DNA of 64,000 nucleotides from Candidatus Latescibacterota bacterium (GTDB lineage Bacteria; Latescibacterota; UBA2968; GCA-2709665), in the NCBI GenBank assembly GCA_963667175.2, contig CAXXXF010000015.1, positions 224,001-288,000 of the forward strand, in the 5' to 3' direction. Below the pieces are notes generated by a model that was given only the letters and a program-made list of their open reading frames with translations, did no database searches and had not been told where the DNA came from. Position numbers and translations under genes: made by a program. Below are positions 36,862 through 47,038 of this stretch, piece by piece. Position 1 is the first letter of the stretch; each line of letters opens with the position of its first letter.

Positions 36862-39720
36862 ATGTCGATACTCGAATCTTTCATCGCCGTTGACCTCGAA
36901 ACCACCGGGCTCGAACCACCCGCTGCCGAAATCCTGGAAATCGGCGCGGTGCGGGTGGATAACGGTCAGATCGTCGATCGGTTCCAGACGTACGTCAAAC
37001 CCGTCGGCGCCGTCCCGGAAGAAACGACGCGGCTCACCGGGATCACGGCAGCCACGGTCCGGGATGCGCCGAGGATCGACACCGCTTTCGAGGAATTCCG
37101 GAGTTTTGCCGCCGAACTGCCCCTCATCGCCCACCACGGACGCTTTGAGTCCCGTTTTTTGAACGCCCTGGACGGTATCCCGATTGAGAATTCGATACCC
37201 AGCGTGCGCGACCTCGCCCGCGCCGCGGCGCCCACCCTGCACGATCACCGCGTTGAGACCCTCGCCGAAACCTTCTCCGTTCAATGCGAAACACCCTATA
37301 AGGCTCTTTCCGACGCGGAAACCCTGGCGGGGATTTACCTCAATCTGATTGAGCTGCTCCGATCCGTTTCTCTGGAACTCAAGCAACAGATGCTTCGATT
37401 GCTGCAGGGCTCGCAGTCGGACCTGCTTCCCATCCTGGCCGCGCTGGCCGACGAAGGCGTGAGGAAGGAATTCCTTGCTCCCAAGCCGGGCGGAGGGCTG
37501 CCGGACGCCCCGTTGTTCAACGCGGGCGGGGAGACCCCCAGGGTTCAGCGCGAGCCCTCCGACCATCCGCTGGACGTCAAGGCGGTCTGCGACATGCTCA
37601 AACCCGGCGGTTGCTTCGAGGAGGGGGTCTCCGGGTACGAATACCGTCCCCAACAGGTCGAAATGGCACAGGCCGTAACCGAAGCCATCAACAACGGGCG
37701 GCACCTGGCCGTGGAAGCCGGCACGGGCGTGGGCAAGTCGATCGCCTACCTCGCGCCGGCAATTCTGTATGCAATGAAGAACAGCGTAAGATTCATCGTA
37801 TCGACCAACACCAAGAACCTCCAGGAGCAGCTTTTCTATAAGGACCTGCCCGCGCTGGCGGCGATTCTGGACGTGCCCTTCCGCTACGCCCTGCTCAAGG
37901 GTCGCAACAACTATATCTGCCTGAACAGGTGGGCGTCCGTTCTGGACAATCCGGACGCCAGCCTCACGCCGAACGAACGCATCGGCGCGCTGCCACTGGT
38001 GCTCTGGGCGGAAACCACCAAAACAGGAGACATCACCGAGAATACGGGTTTCAACCCGCAGCGGCTTGCAGGGCTGTGGACGAAAATCTGCTCCGACTCG
38101 GGCTTCTGCCGAAGCCAGCGTTGCCGCAACAACGGCCGGTGTTTTGCCAACAACATCCGCAGGAACTCCGCAAAAGCGCATCTGGTGGTGATCAACCATT
38201 CATTGCTCTTCTCCGATCTGGTCACCGAAAACGCCATCCTCGGCGAGTACTCCCACCTTGTCCTGGATGAAGCCCACAACCTGGAGAAGGTCGCGGCGCA
38301 CTATCTGGGAACGGAGCTGAGTGTATGGCGGGTGAAGAACCTGACCGATCAGCTGTGCGGACCGGGTTCGTCGGACGCGGGGACTCTGCCTGCCCTGAAA
38401 CACTGGATCGCCGCTGCGGATCCGGAACCGGCCACGGCAAAAGCCTTTGACGCCGGCATCAAATCCGCGACGATTTCGGTTCAGGAACTCTGGCTAAGGG
38501 CGCGGACCTATTTTGAAGACCTCACCCAACACCTTCTGAAACAGGCCGGCGCGCCGAGAAGCGCACACAGGGAGAAGATCCGCTATCGACCGGGGGAGTC
38601 CGCCTTCGAGGCCATGGCCGATTCGCTGAACCCGTTTTCGCTCGCTCTGGGTGAGTTGTGCAGCCGCCTCAAGGACATTTCGGACTGGCTTCGAGACCTG
38701 CCCGGGCACACCTTTCTCAACCAGGACGAGATCAATAACGAACTGGAAGGGTGCATGGAGACCGCCCGGACCATTCTGGACGATCTGAACGACCTCGTTG
38801 CGGCAAACGATGAGAACGCCGTCTACTGGATGGAATTGCCAGGGAGCGAAAAGAGCGCCGACACCCGCCTCTTTTCCGCTCCTCTGGACGTTTCGGGGAT
38901 GTTGAGCGGTGGGCTGTACGAAGGCAAATCAACGATCGTATTTACGTCCGCCACGCTGGGAATACGAGGCAAACTCACCTATTTCCTCCGGCGCATGGGC
39001 CTCGAAACCATGCCCGAGACCCGCCTCCGGACCCTCTGTCTGGGCTCCCCGTTCGACTACGGGAGACAGGCTCTGGTGTGCGCCCCGCGCTTTATGCCCT
39101 CGCCCAAATCGGCCGATTACCAGCAGGCGGTGGACACGCTGCTGCACGAACTCATGCTCCGGACGAAACGGGGCACGCTGGCCCTCTTCACCTCGTACAG
39201 GATGTTGAACCGCACCTACGATACCATCAAGCCCGACCTGCACACCAACGGCGTACTCGTGCTGGGACAGGGCATTGACGGATCCCGCACGAATATCACG
39301 GATCGGTTCAAACTCGAAAAAACCGCCATGCTGCTGGGTACCGACAGCTTCTGGGAAGGCATCGACGTACCGGGCAACGCGCTCCAGGTCCTGGGCATTG
39401 TGCGGCTTCCGTTCGCCGTGCCGTCCGAACCTCTTGTTGCGGCCCATATCGAGGAACTTGAAAAGCAGGGCAAGAACGCGTTTCTGAATTACTCCGTACC
39501 CGAGGCCATCCTGAAATTCCGGCAGGGTTTCGGTCGACTGATCCGCAACAGGACCGACCGGGGCGCGGTCGTGGTACTCGACAGCAGGGTACTTAGCACC
39601 CGATACGGCCGCGCGTTTCTGGAGGCCCTTCCCGTGGGGCATCGTACGTTCAACACCAGGGAAGAGATGATCGGCGCCATCGCCGCCTGGTTTGACGAAC
39701 CAAACGGAACAAGCCATTGA
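36862..39720 (+). CDS. dinG: DinG-family helicase with N-terminal DEDDh exonuclease domain
   Basis: DLETTG exonuclease motif; YRPQQ, EAGTGVGKS, LKGRNNYIC, DEAH, SAT, FWEGID, QGFGRLIR. Confidence 0.93.
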   Translation: MSILESFIAVDLETTGLEPPAAEILEIGAVRVDNGQIVDRFQTYVKPVGAVPEETTRLTGITAATVRDAPRIDTAFEEFRSFAAELPLIAHHGRFESRFLNALDGIPIENSIPSVRDLARAAAPTLHDHRVETLAETFSVQCETPYKALSDAETLAGIYLNLIELLRSVSLELKQQMLRLLQGSQSDLLPILAALADEGVRKEFLAPKPGGGLPDAPLFNAGGETPRVQREPSDHPLDVKAVCDMLKPGGCFEEGVSGYEYRPQQVEMAQAVTEAINNGRHLAVEAGTGVGKSIAYLAPAILYAMKNSVRFIVSTNTKNLQEQLFYKDLPALAAILDVPFRYALLKGRNNYICLNRWASVLDNPDASLTPNERIGALPLVLWAETTKTGDITENTGFNPQRLAGLWTKICSDSGFCRSQRCRNNGRCFANNIRRNSAKAHLVVINHSLLFSDLVTENAILGEYSHLVLDEAHNLEKVAAHYLGTELSVWRVKNLTDQLCGPGSSDAGTLPALKHWIAAADPEPATAKAFDAGIKSATISVQELWLRARTYFEDLTQHLLKQAGAPRSAHREKIRYRPGESAFEAMADSLNPFSLALGELCSRLKDISDWLRDLPGHTFLNQDEINNELEGCMETARTILDDLNDLVAANDENAVYWMELPGSEKSADTRLFSAPLDVSGMLSGGLYEGKSTIVFTSATLGIRGKLTYFLRRMGLETMPETRLRTLCLGSPFDYGRQALVCAPRFMPSPKSADYQQAVDTLLHELMLRTKRGTLALFTSYRMLNRTYDTIKPDLHTNGVLVLGQGIDGSRTNITDRFKLEKTAMLLGTDSFWEGIDVPGNALQVLGIVRLPFAVPSEPLVAAHIEELEKQGKNAFLNYSVPEAILKFRQGFGRLIRNRTDRGAVVVLDSRVLSTRYGRAFLEALPVGHRTFNTREEMIGAIAAWFDEPNGTSH

Positions 39721-41189
39721 ATCCACAGGGCGTGACATCCATCAAGGAGCCCCTGGAGAAGCTACTCGCACAGGCGCCCCGGATTAACCACCCGCTGATC
39801 GGCCATGCGTATCACCTCGCAAACGCAAGCCACGAAGGACAGCACCGCGACGAGGGGCAGCCGTTTATCACCCATCCCATTGCCGTGGCGCTCATTCTGG
39901 CATCCGAACTCGGCTTCGCCAGAGACACGGATATGATCTCCGCCGCGTTGCTCCACGACGCCGCGGAAGACTCGGTGCTCACCCCGGAGGAGGACATCCT
40001 GCCCACGTTCGGCGCGCGGGTCACCGAACTGGTAAAGGGCGTAACCAAAGTTGACGAACCCGGCACACGCAGCCGATCCGCGCGCCGTTCCGCCACGCTC
40101 CAGCGTCTCTTCACCGCCGCGCACCGCGATCCGCGAGTACTCATCCTGAAACTCGCCGATCGGGTACACAACATGCGCAGCATCACGGGGATCAAGGACA
40201 CCAAACGACAGCATCGAATAGCGCAGGAGACCATCGACGTCTACGCGCCGCTGTCCCGTCTGCTGGGCATGGACCGTATACGCAGGGAACTGGAAGACCG
40301 CAGCTTCGGCTGCCTTCACCCCAGGGTCTACGACCAGCTTGTCCGGCTTACGCAAGGCGGCCCGCCGCAATCCTATCTCGACTTTCAGACCGCGATGCGC
40401 GATATTGTAACGAACAACGGTATCCGCACCCGCATCCGACTTCAAATGAAGAGCCTGAGCAGCATCTACGGCAAGGCCATCGGCGCCCGAACGGACGAAT
40501 CGCCGCTTCCGGTAGACAACGTCCACGACCGGTACACCGTTATTGCGATCACTTCCAGTCGTTACACCTGCTACAGAGCGCTCGGAGTCATCCATCACAG
40601 GTTCAACCCGCTAATGGACGGGATAAAGGACTTTATCGCCCTGCCAAAACGGAACGGTTACCAGGCGCTGCAGACAACCGTCATCCACAATGGACAACGC
40701 TTTGAAGTCGCGATCCAGACCCCTTCCATGTACAGAATGGGAGAACTGGGCGTGGCGACCCTGCGCGGCGGGGAACTCCAGGAAGAGCGGCGGACCCGGT
40801 GGCTTCAGGAACTGGCCGAGTGGCACGAACACGGCGGTTCCGGCATTCATTTCCTGGACGAAGTCAAACGCATGCTCTTTGTCCACGAAATGGCGGTATT
40901 CACGCCCAACGGCGATCCGATTATTCTGCCGGAGGGCGCAACCCTGGCGGATTTTGCTTTTGCCGTCCATACGGACCTGGGTCTCCACTGCATCGGCGGG
41001 CGCGTCAACGGCAGACCCGCATCGCGCTTTTCAGTTCTGAACTGGGGCGATACCATTGAAGTAGATACCACGCCCCACCGGCAACTGAAACGCAGCTGGC
41101 TGCGATATGTAAAGACCTACCGCGCACGCCGCCTGATCCGCCGTTACATCGCCCGCGCGGAGTCATCCGGCGAACAGATCATCGAGTAG
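39717..41189 (+). CDS. RelA/SpoT homologue (HD + degenerate SYNTH + TGS)
   Basis: GQPFITHP, LHDAAED, KLADRVHN; PKRNGYQ; VFTPNG...DFAFAVHT TGS domain. Confidence 0.88.
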   Translation: MNPQGVTSIKEPLEKLLAQAPRINHPLIGHAYHLANASHEGQHRDEGQPFITHPIAVALILASELGFARDTDMISAALLHDAAEDSVLTPEEDILPTFGARVTELVKGVTKVDEPGTRSRSARRSATLQRLFTAAHRDPRVLILKLADRVHNMRSITGIKDTKRQHRIAQETIDVYAPLSRLLGMDRIRRELEDRSFGCLHPRVYDQLVRLTQGGPPQSYLDFQTAMRDIVTNNGIRTRIRLQMKSLSSIYGKAIGARTDESPLPVDNVHDRYTVIAITSSRYTCYRALGVIHHRFNPLMDGIKDFIALPKRNGYQALQTTVIHNGQRFEVAIQTPSMYRMGELGVATLRGGELQEERRTRWLQELAEWHEHGGSGIHFLDEVKRMLFVHEMAVFTPNGDPIILPEGATLADFAFAVHTDLGLHCIGGRVNGRPASRFSVLNWGDTIEVDTTPHRQLKRSWLRYVKTYRARRLIRRYIARAESSGEQIIE

Positions 41190-41289
41190 CCGGGAATTCG
41201 CTTCCATACGAATGATACGCCGTCCGGATCGCCGACGTCGTTCGACAGTCCTTCTTTCATGTTGACCTGAATGCCCCGGGAGTCGTGCC

Positions 41290-41631
41290 TTGACATTCCG
41301 CCTCTTCCTCGTCGCGGCGCTGGTGGCCCTCACCGCCTGCGGTCGCGACGCCGAACGCTTGCAGACTGAGATCGCCGGGCAGGAAAAGAAAATCGTTGAG
41401 GCAAGGACCGTTTTTCAACTCGAACAAAAGCGCATGGGCGAGTTACGGGACAGCCTCGAAATCAACATCCGGCGGAATGTCGCACTGAAGTTGGACTCGA
41501 CCACTGCCGCGTCGATCGAAAAGGAACGCCTGGAACTCCAGGGAACGATCGTCGAAGCGGCGAAACGCAACCTGCACAGCCAGCGGGAATTCCTGGCCCT
41601 CCTGAAGAAACGTCTCCAGGACCACAGATAA
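41290..41631 (+). CDS. Putative coiled-coil lipoprotein
   Basis: Lipobox LTAC after a hydrophobic signal; GGGAG RBS. Confidence 0.7.
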   Translation: MTFRLFLVAALVALTACGRDAERLQTEIAGQEKKIVEARTVFQLEQKRMGELRDSLEINIRRNVALKLDSTTAASIEKERLELQGTIVEAAKRNLHSQREFLALLKKRLQDHR

Positions 41632-41723
41632 TCCCGTCGGCGCGCGCGACGGCACAATCTGCTTTTTCGAAGCCGCCGTCCTTCACTCCACGGTGTGGAA
41701 TCGATCTGCGTTAGAGGTCCAAT

Positions 41724-43973
41724 ATGAAAATCCCGATCAAAGAAATCACGGTTGCGAACCGATTCATCTATTATTACGCCAATTTTAAGGAACGCTTCTA
41801 CGGCTACGTCCTCCGCCGGGACGGCCGCAACATCCCCGACGAGCACTACGCGGGACGCTTCAAAGAATCCGGTGTAACGGCGCGTTCTCACCCCGACAAA
41901 GTGTCATCCCGACCCATTACCCGACGCAGGTGGCGGGAACTGCGTCCTCCGGTGCCGCCGGAAGGACGGGAAACCCTTGCGGAAACCGAACCCGGAGAAA
42001 TCGTGCTCTTTCTGTATCGCAAGCGCATGATGCTGGGGACGTTTTCTCATCGGGTCTGGGGAACCCGCATCTGTATTGCCGCGGAGGACGGGAGACGCCT
42101 GATCATTCGAAGAAACTCCCTGGTCTACCCTACCGGCGTCGGCGTTACGGGCAATCCCGACTTTCTGCGATCCTACGGGGCGTCTGTACGGGCGATGGCA
42201 ACACATATCGACCTCGGGGAGATCTGGAACGCGTTCAAAGACGACCAACCCGCTATCGAAATCTCTGACATCGGCGCGCTGTATTGGGGCGACGACCCCG
42301 ACCCCTCACGCTGGCTTGCCCTCTTCATTCACCTGGAATCCGATTGCCCTTATTTCGTACGGACCCGACTGTACACATATCGTCCGCTCGAAACGCATGA
42401 AGTCAAGAACCGGTTCGACCTCCTTGCCGGCAAGGAGACGCTGACTCACGAGCTGCAGGAATTCCTCCACTGGCTCGAAGAGGACGAGGAGGGTTACGAT
42501 CCGAAGACGCTTACCGGAAGGCAGCGGAACTGGCTGGAACAGATCAGACAATACGCGCTGTGGGGATCCAAATCGGAAAGCGCCGGGAACGCGCGGAAGA
42601 TGCTTCGTCAGATTTCCTTCGTGAAGGGTGATCTTCAGCGGCACGCGTTCGAATTGATGGTCAGGAAACGCATCTGGCGTCCGGATGAAAACCTGGATCT
42701 CCTCCGGTCGGATCTCTCGCCCGACTTTCCGTCCGACGTCCTGAAAGAGGCCGCGGCTGTCGACCTGTCGCGAATCCTGAGAGGCAGGCGAAGACTTCGC
42801 GGCGCGTCTTTCTGCCTGCAGACGGGTTCCGTGGACGATCCCGAACTCGCCTTCTCGCTCAGGCGCCGGTGGCGGGGCGGATACGAACTCGGTATCCACG
42901 TTCCCGATATTGCGGCCTGCGTACCCGCCGGATCCGCGCTGGACCGGTCGGCGTCGGACCGGCTGGCGACGCTCCGGCTGCCCGACCTCACGATACCCAT
43001 GCTGCCGACGCGTATCGCCGACGAAGTCGGCCGGTTCGGTGTGAAGCGGCGTCGACCCGCGCTAAGCCTGATCTGGAAGCTGGATCGAAATCTGAATTTC
43101 GGAGACATGAGGATCGTCCTCTCGTCGATCAGAATTCGGTCCCGTCTTTCCGCAGTAGAAGTCGAAAACATCGATGCGGGTGAACACCATCCCCTGGCCG
43201 GCCGCCTGCGGATCCTGAGCCGCCTGACAGACTCCCTCCGCGAACAGCGTCTGCGCCGCGGCGCATTCGAGGACTTCGGCCGGACCCGGGTCGAGGCCGG
43301 GAGTGGAGGGGCCCTCATCAGTCGGACGGACCCCGCGGACCCTGCATACAGAATTCGCCACGAGTTGGGCCTTCTTGCGGCGGCTGAACTGGCGACGTGG
43401 TGTGTACGTCACGACGTCCCGGCCATTTACATTGCCCAGGACGGCGTCGAAAACCGCCGCGAACTGGACGGAATCAGCCATTCAATTGTACGACGCCACG
43501 AAATCCGCCGCCAGTGCCCTTACCCGAAATTCAGCGCCGAACCCGCCGCCCATTACGGATACGGGATTCGAGCGTGCTGCGCGGCCGTCGCTCCCGGCGA
43601 TCGCTATCCGGACCTGATGGTCCAGAGACAGATCGTCCATCATCTGAACACCGGGGGCCCGTTCTACACAGTCAATGAACTTAACCTCGTCCGCTACCGG
43701 GCGCAGGAAGAACACGCGCACCATGTCAGCCTTCGCTCCCGCCACGAACGTCGCCTCATCCTGAACCGGCTTGCCGCATCCGAGGACCGCACGCTTTCCG
43801 CTGTCGTGCTCCATCCCCGGCGCGACGGGGCACTGGTGGAACTTACGGAATATCCTGTCAAAACCCTGGTCCAGGCGCCGCGACCCGTAAACCCGGGCGA
43901 CGTCCTTCGGCTTCGGGTCAACGGCATTGACCGCTGGCGCTGCGACCCCCATTTTCTTGTATTGCAGACATAG
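41724..43973 (+). CDS. RNB-domain (RNase II/R-like) protein, probably catalytically degenerate
   Basis: LGIHVPD, ATLRLPD.TIPMLP, RPALS, HYGYG...RYPDLMVQRQI. Confidence 0.75.
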   Translation: MKIPIKEITVANRFIYYYANFKERFYGYVLRRDGRNIPDEHYAGRFKESGVTARSHPDKVSSRPITRRRWRELRPPVPPEGRETLAETEPGEIVLFLYRKRMMLGTFSHRVWGTRICIAAEDGRRLIIRRNSLVYPTGVGVTGNPDFLRSYGASVRAMATHIDLGEIWNAFKDDQPAIEISDIGALYWGDDPDPSRWLALFIHLESDCPYFVRTRLYTYRPLETHEVKNRFDLLAGKETLTHELQEFLHWLEEDEEGYDPKTLTGRQRNWLEQIRQYALWGSKSESAGNARKMLRQISFVKGDLQRHAFELMVRKRIWRPDENLDLLRSDLSPDFPSDVLKEAAAVDLSRILRGRRRLRGASFCLQTGSVDDPELAFSLRRRWRGGYELGIHVPDIAACVPAGSALDRSASDRLATLRLPDLTIPMLPTRIADEVGRFGVKRRRPALSLIWKLDRNLNFGDMRIVLSSIRIRSRLSAVEVENIDAGEHHPLAGRLRILSRLTDSLREQRLRRGAFEDFGRTRVEAGSGGALISRTDPADPAYRIRHELGLLAAAELATWCVRHDVPAIYIAQDGVENRRELDGISHSIVRRHEIRRQCPYPKFSAEPAAHYGYGIRACCAAVAPGDRYPDLMVQRQIVHHLNTGGPFYTVNELNLVRYRAQEEHAHHVSLRSRHERRLILNRLAASEDRTLSAVVLHPRRDGALVELTEYPVKTLVQAPRPVNPGDVLRLRVNGIDRWRCDPHFLVLQT

Positions 43974-44013
43974 CGGAAAGCGCGAGCGAGTGACGGACAA
44001 AGAGGAGACCCGA

Positions 44014-45579
44014 ATGAACGACGACTCAGCATTGATCGCACATTGGGGACTGGACGGAGACTGCCGGGACCATGCAGGCGCCAGCCACGGCGAGAATCAC
44101 GGCGTGACGTTTTCCCCCGACGGCGCCGGGTTCAACGGCCGCGGCGCTCACGTCCTCGTGCCCGCCGGCCGATCGCTGGAACTCGGCGAGGGTGACTTTT
44201 CCATTTCGGTCCACGCGCATACCGACGAAATCCTCGACGATGTGCCGGGAGACATCCTGAGCAAATACGACCCGGACACGCGGACGGGCTTCAACTTCGG
44301 ACTCGCGAACAACGCGGGCGTCACCGCGGCCCAGGCAAACTATCGCCACCTTCACTTCGGGATCGACAGCGGTCACGTCGGCGAATGGATCGACTGCGGG
44401 CGCCCCGGAAACAACCTGCGCGTCTACTCCCTGTGCGTTTTCGACGGCGATCTGTACGCCGGTACGTTCGAAACCGGCGCGGACGAGTCGGGAGGCGTCT
44501 ACCGGTACGACGGAGACGCGGGATGGATCGACTGCGGGCATCCGGACAGGTGCAATACCATGGCGTCGCTGTGCGTATTCAACGGAACCCTCTACGCGGG
44601 TTCCTCCCGCTACAAGGCCGGCGGGTCCGCCCTTCCGGAATCCGAGAACCTGAACCCGGGGGGAAATATGTTCAGGTACGAGGGCGGGGCCGAGTGGACG
44701 CCCATCGGCCGCATGGAAGGCGCGGATTCCTGTGCCGGGATGGCCGTTTACCGGGGCGAACTCTATGCCATCCCCCTCTACAGCCAGGGCGTATTCCGGT
44801 ACGAAGGCGATGACGTCTGGAGCCACTGCGGCGCCCCCGGGCGGCGGATGATGTCCCTGGGGGTGTTCAACGGCGACTTATACGGCGCCGGGAACGAAGG
44901 AGGAGGGGCCGGCGGCGTCTTCCGCTACGACGGCGGAACCGGTTGGGCGCACGCCGGCGGTCAGGAGGGCGTGACCCAGGTCTATTCCTTCGCCGCCCAC
45001 AACGGCAGACTCCACGTGGGCACCTGGCCGGAGGGCAAGGTCTTCAGGGACGACGGCAACGATCCCTGGACGTGCGCCGGGCGCCTCGGCGAGGAAATGG
45101 AAGTCATGGCGATGGCCGTGTACAATGGAAAACTCTACGCAGGCACCCTGCCCCTGGGCCAGGTGTATCGTCACGACGGAGGCGACACGTGGACCCTGAC
45201 GGGCCAGCTCGACGTGACTCCGGACGTCAAATACCGGCGCGTCTGGTCCATGGCCGTTTACCGGGGAAGACTGTTCGGAGGCACGCTGCCGTCCGGCCGC
45301 GTCTACGCGCTGGAGGCCGGCGCGAACCTGAGCTACGATCACGAACTGGCGCCCGGATGGCGGCATCTCGTGGCCGTCCGGCAAGGCAGCCGCCTCCTCC
45401 TCTACGTGGACGGAGAGCAGGTCTCCAACTCGTCGCCCTTCGATCCTTCGCAATTCGACCTCACAAACGCAATGCCTCTAAAGATAGGCGGCGGCGCCGT
45501 CGACACCTTCAACGGGCGGCTGAAGGACCTTCGTCTCTATGGCCGCGCGCTCAGTGCGGCGGAGATCGCGAATCTGTAA
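44014..45579 (+). CDS. LamG/concanavalin-like domain protein with inserted beta-propeller repeats
   Basis: AHWGLDGD ... WRHLVAVR..LYVDG..FNGRLKDLRLY.RALS flanking about seven W..CG..v.sl.VFNG.LYAG..RYdG repeats. Confidence 0.8.
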   Translation: MNDDSALIAHWGLDGDCRDHAGASHGENHGVTFSPDGAGFNGRGAHVLVPAGRSLELGEGDFSISVHAHTDEILDDVPGDILSKYDPDTRTGFNFGLANNAGVTAAQANYRHLHFGIDSGHVGEWIDCGRPGNNLRVYSLCVFDGDLYAGTFETGADESGGVYRYDGDAGWIDCGHPDRCNTMASLCVFNGTLYAGSSRYKAGGSALPESENLNPGGNMFRYEGGAEWTPIGRMEGADSCAGMAVYRGELYAIPLYSQGVFRYEGDDVWSHCGAPGRRMMSLGVFNGDLYGAGNEGGGAGGVFRYDGGTGWAHAGGQEGVTQVYSFAAHNGRLHVGTWPEGKVFRDDGNDPWTCAGRLGEEMEVMAMAVYNGKLYAGTLPLGQVYRHDGGDTWTLTGQLDVTPDVKYRRVWSMAVYRGRLFGGTLPSGRVYALEAGANLSYDHELAPGWRHLVAVRQGSRLLLYVDGEQVSNSSPFDPSQFDLTNAMPLKIGGGAVDTFNGRLKDLRLYGRALSAAEIANL

Positions 45580-45675
45580 GTACCACGGTTGGAAATTGCA
45601 GCCGGCATCTGACCGGGCCGACACACAGACAGCAGGGGAACCGGCGTACGAACTCGAACCTTCGGGAGAACCGAG

Positions 45676-47001
45676 ATGTTTAAAGCAGGCGCATCCAAGG
45701 TCAACATTACCCCGTTTCTGGGTGGACCGATGGCGGGTTACGGGGCGCGCGATCGGGGCAGCGAGAGCATCCACGACGAATTGCACGCGAAGGCCCTGGT
45801 GCTGGATGACGGGAGTACCAGCGTCGCGCTGATTACCACCGACCTCATCGGCATCGATCGCGAGTTCGCCGAATGCGTCCGCGGGCTCGTCGAGGAGCGG
45901 GTGGGCATTCCTCCGGACCGGGTGTGGATGTGCGGTTCCCACACCCATTTCGGGCCGGCCGTCAGCTCGCGCCGGAAGGACGGGGACGATGCGGACGCTT
46001 ATGACAGGTCGTACGCGGAGGTATTGGCCGCGAAACTGTCCACGGCCGTGAAAGTCGCGCACGACCGTCTTCGCCCCGCCCGGCTCGGCGCCGGCGCCGC
46101 CCGCGCCGAAGGCATCAGCTACAACCGGCGGCTCATCCGGCACGACGGAAAGGTGGAAATGAGCCTCACCCTGCCGCCGCCTTACGAGGGTCTGAAGTTC
46201 GGTCCTGTGGACCCGGAAGCGGGCCTGCTGAAAATAGAAGGCGACGCCGACGGCGAGTCCATCGCATCGCTCGTCAACTTCGCCTGCCATCCCGTCTCCA
46301 GCACGGACCGTATGTATGAATTCACCGCCGATTATCCGGGTTACGCCATGGACCTGATCGAATCGGTGGAAGGCGGCATCTGTCTCTTTGCCCTCGGCTG
46401 CGCGGGCAATATCGTTCCCATCCAGCGGCGGGGCCGGTCCAAACGCCAGGTCGGCCTGTCGCTCGGCGGTTGCGCGCTGAACGCGCTCCAGTGGATACGG
46501 ACGACCGACCAGGTCCGCATCCGTGCCGCCAGAAAGTCGATCGAACTGCCCCTGCGCAGATTTCCGACGCCCGCGCGAATGGAGCGGCAGATTGCAGAAG
46601 CGGAAGCCACGCTTGACAGCGCGCGCGAACGGAAAGCGCCGTCGCGTGAGATCACTGAATGCAGGGAGGCCCTGGGCCTTGCCAGAAGTCTGCCTCACTG
46701 GGCCGAACGATTCGACCGGCGGAAGACGCGATCCACGGAAATCCAGGTGTTCTGGCTCGGCGACGTTCCGATGATCGGGCTGCCGGGAGAAGTCTTCGTC
46801 GAACTCGGACTCCGGATCAAGAAAGCCCTGGATGCCGATCCGGTCCTGGTCGTAAGTCTCAGCAACGACAGCGCCGGTTACATTCCGGTCCGGCGTGCGT
46901 ACCGTGAAGGCGGCTACGAATCCAACGTATCGGCTTTCGCGCCCGGGTGCGGCGAACACCTCGTCAAGGAAGCCCTGGCCCTGGCCGAATCGATACGTTA
47001 G
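45676..47001 (+). CDS. Neutral/alkaline ceramidase-like hydrolase
   Basis: GASKVNITP, HDELHAKAL, SHTHFGP, NRR, NFACHP, ADYPG, G.AGN, PGE.F. Confidence 0.85.
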   Translation: MFKAGASKVNITPFLGGPMAGYGARDRGSESIHDELHAKALVLDDGSTSVALITTDLIGIDREFAECVRGLVEERVGIPPDRVWMCGSHTHFGPAVSSRRKDGDDADAYDRSYAEVLAAKLSTAVKVAHDRLRPARLGAGAARAEGISYNRRLIRHDGKVEMSLTLPPPYEGLKFGPVDPEAGLLKIEGDADGESIASLVNFACHPVSSTDRMYEFTADYPGYAMDLIESVEGGICLFALGCAGNIVPIQRRGRSKRQVGLSLGGCALNALQWIRTTDQVRIRAARKSIELPLRRFPTPARMERQIAEAEATLDSARERKAPSREITECREALGLARSLPHWAERFDRRKTRSTEIQVFWLGDVPMIGLPGEVFVELGLRIKKALDADPVLVVSLSNDSAGYIPVRRAYREGGYESNVSAFAPGCGEHLVKEALALAESIR

Positions 47002-47038
47002 CCGGGCCGCACCACAGGGTCGGGCCCATGTCAGGACA

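Noticed and set aside
36472-38199. 575-aa minus-strand ORF
   Set aside because: Mostly antisense to dinG; only the last 63 codons have an RBS and promoter and were kept.
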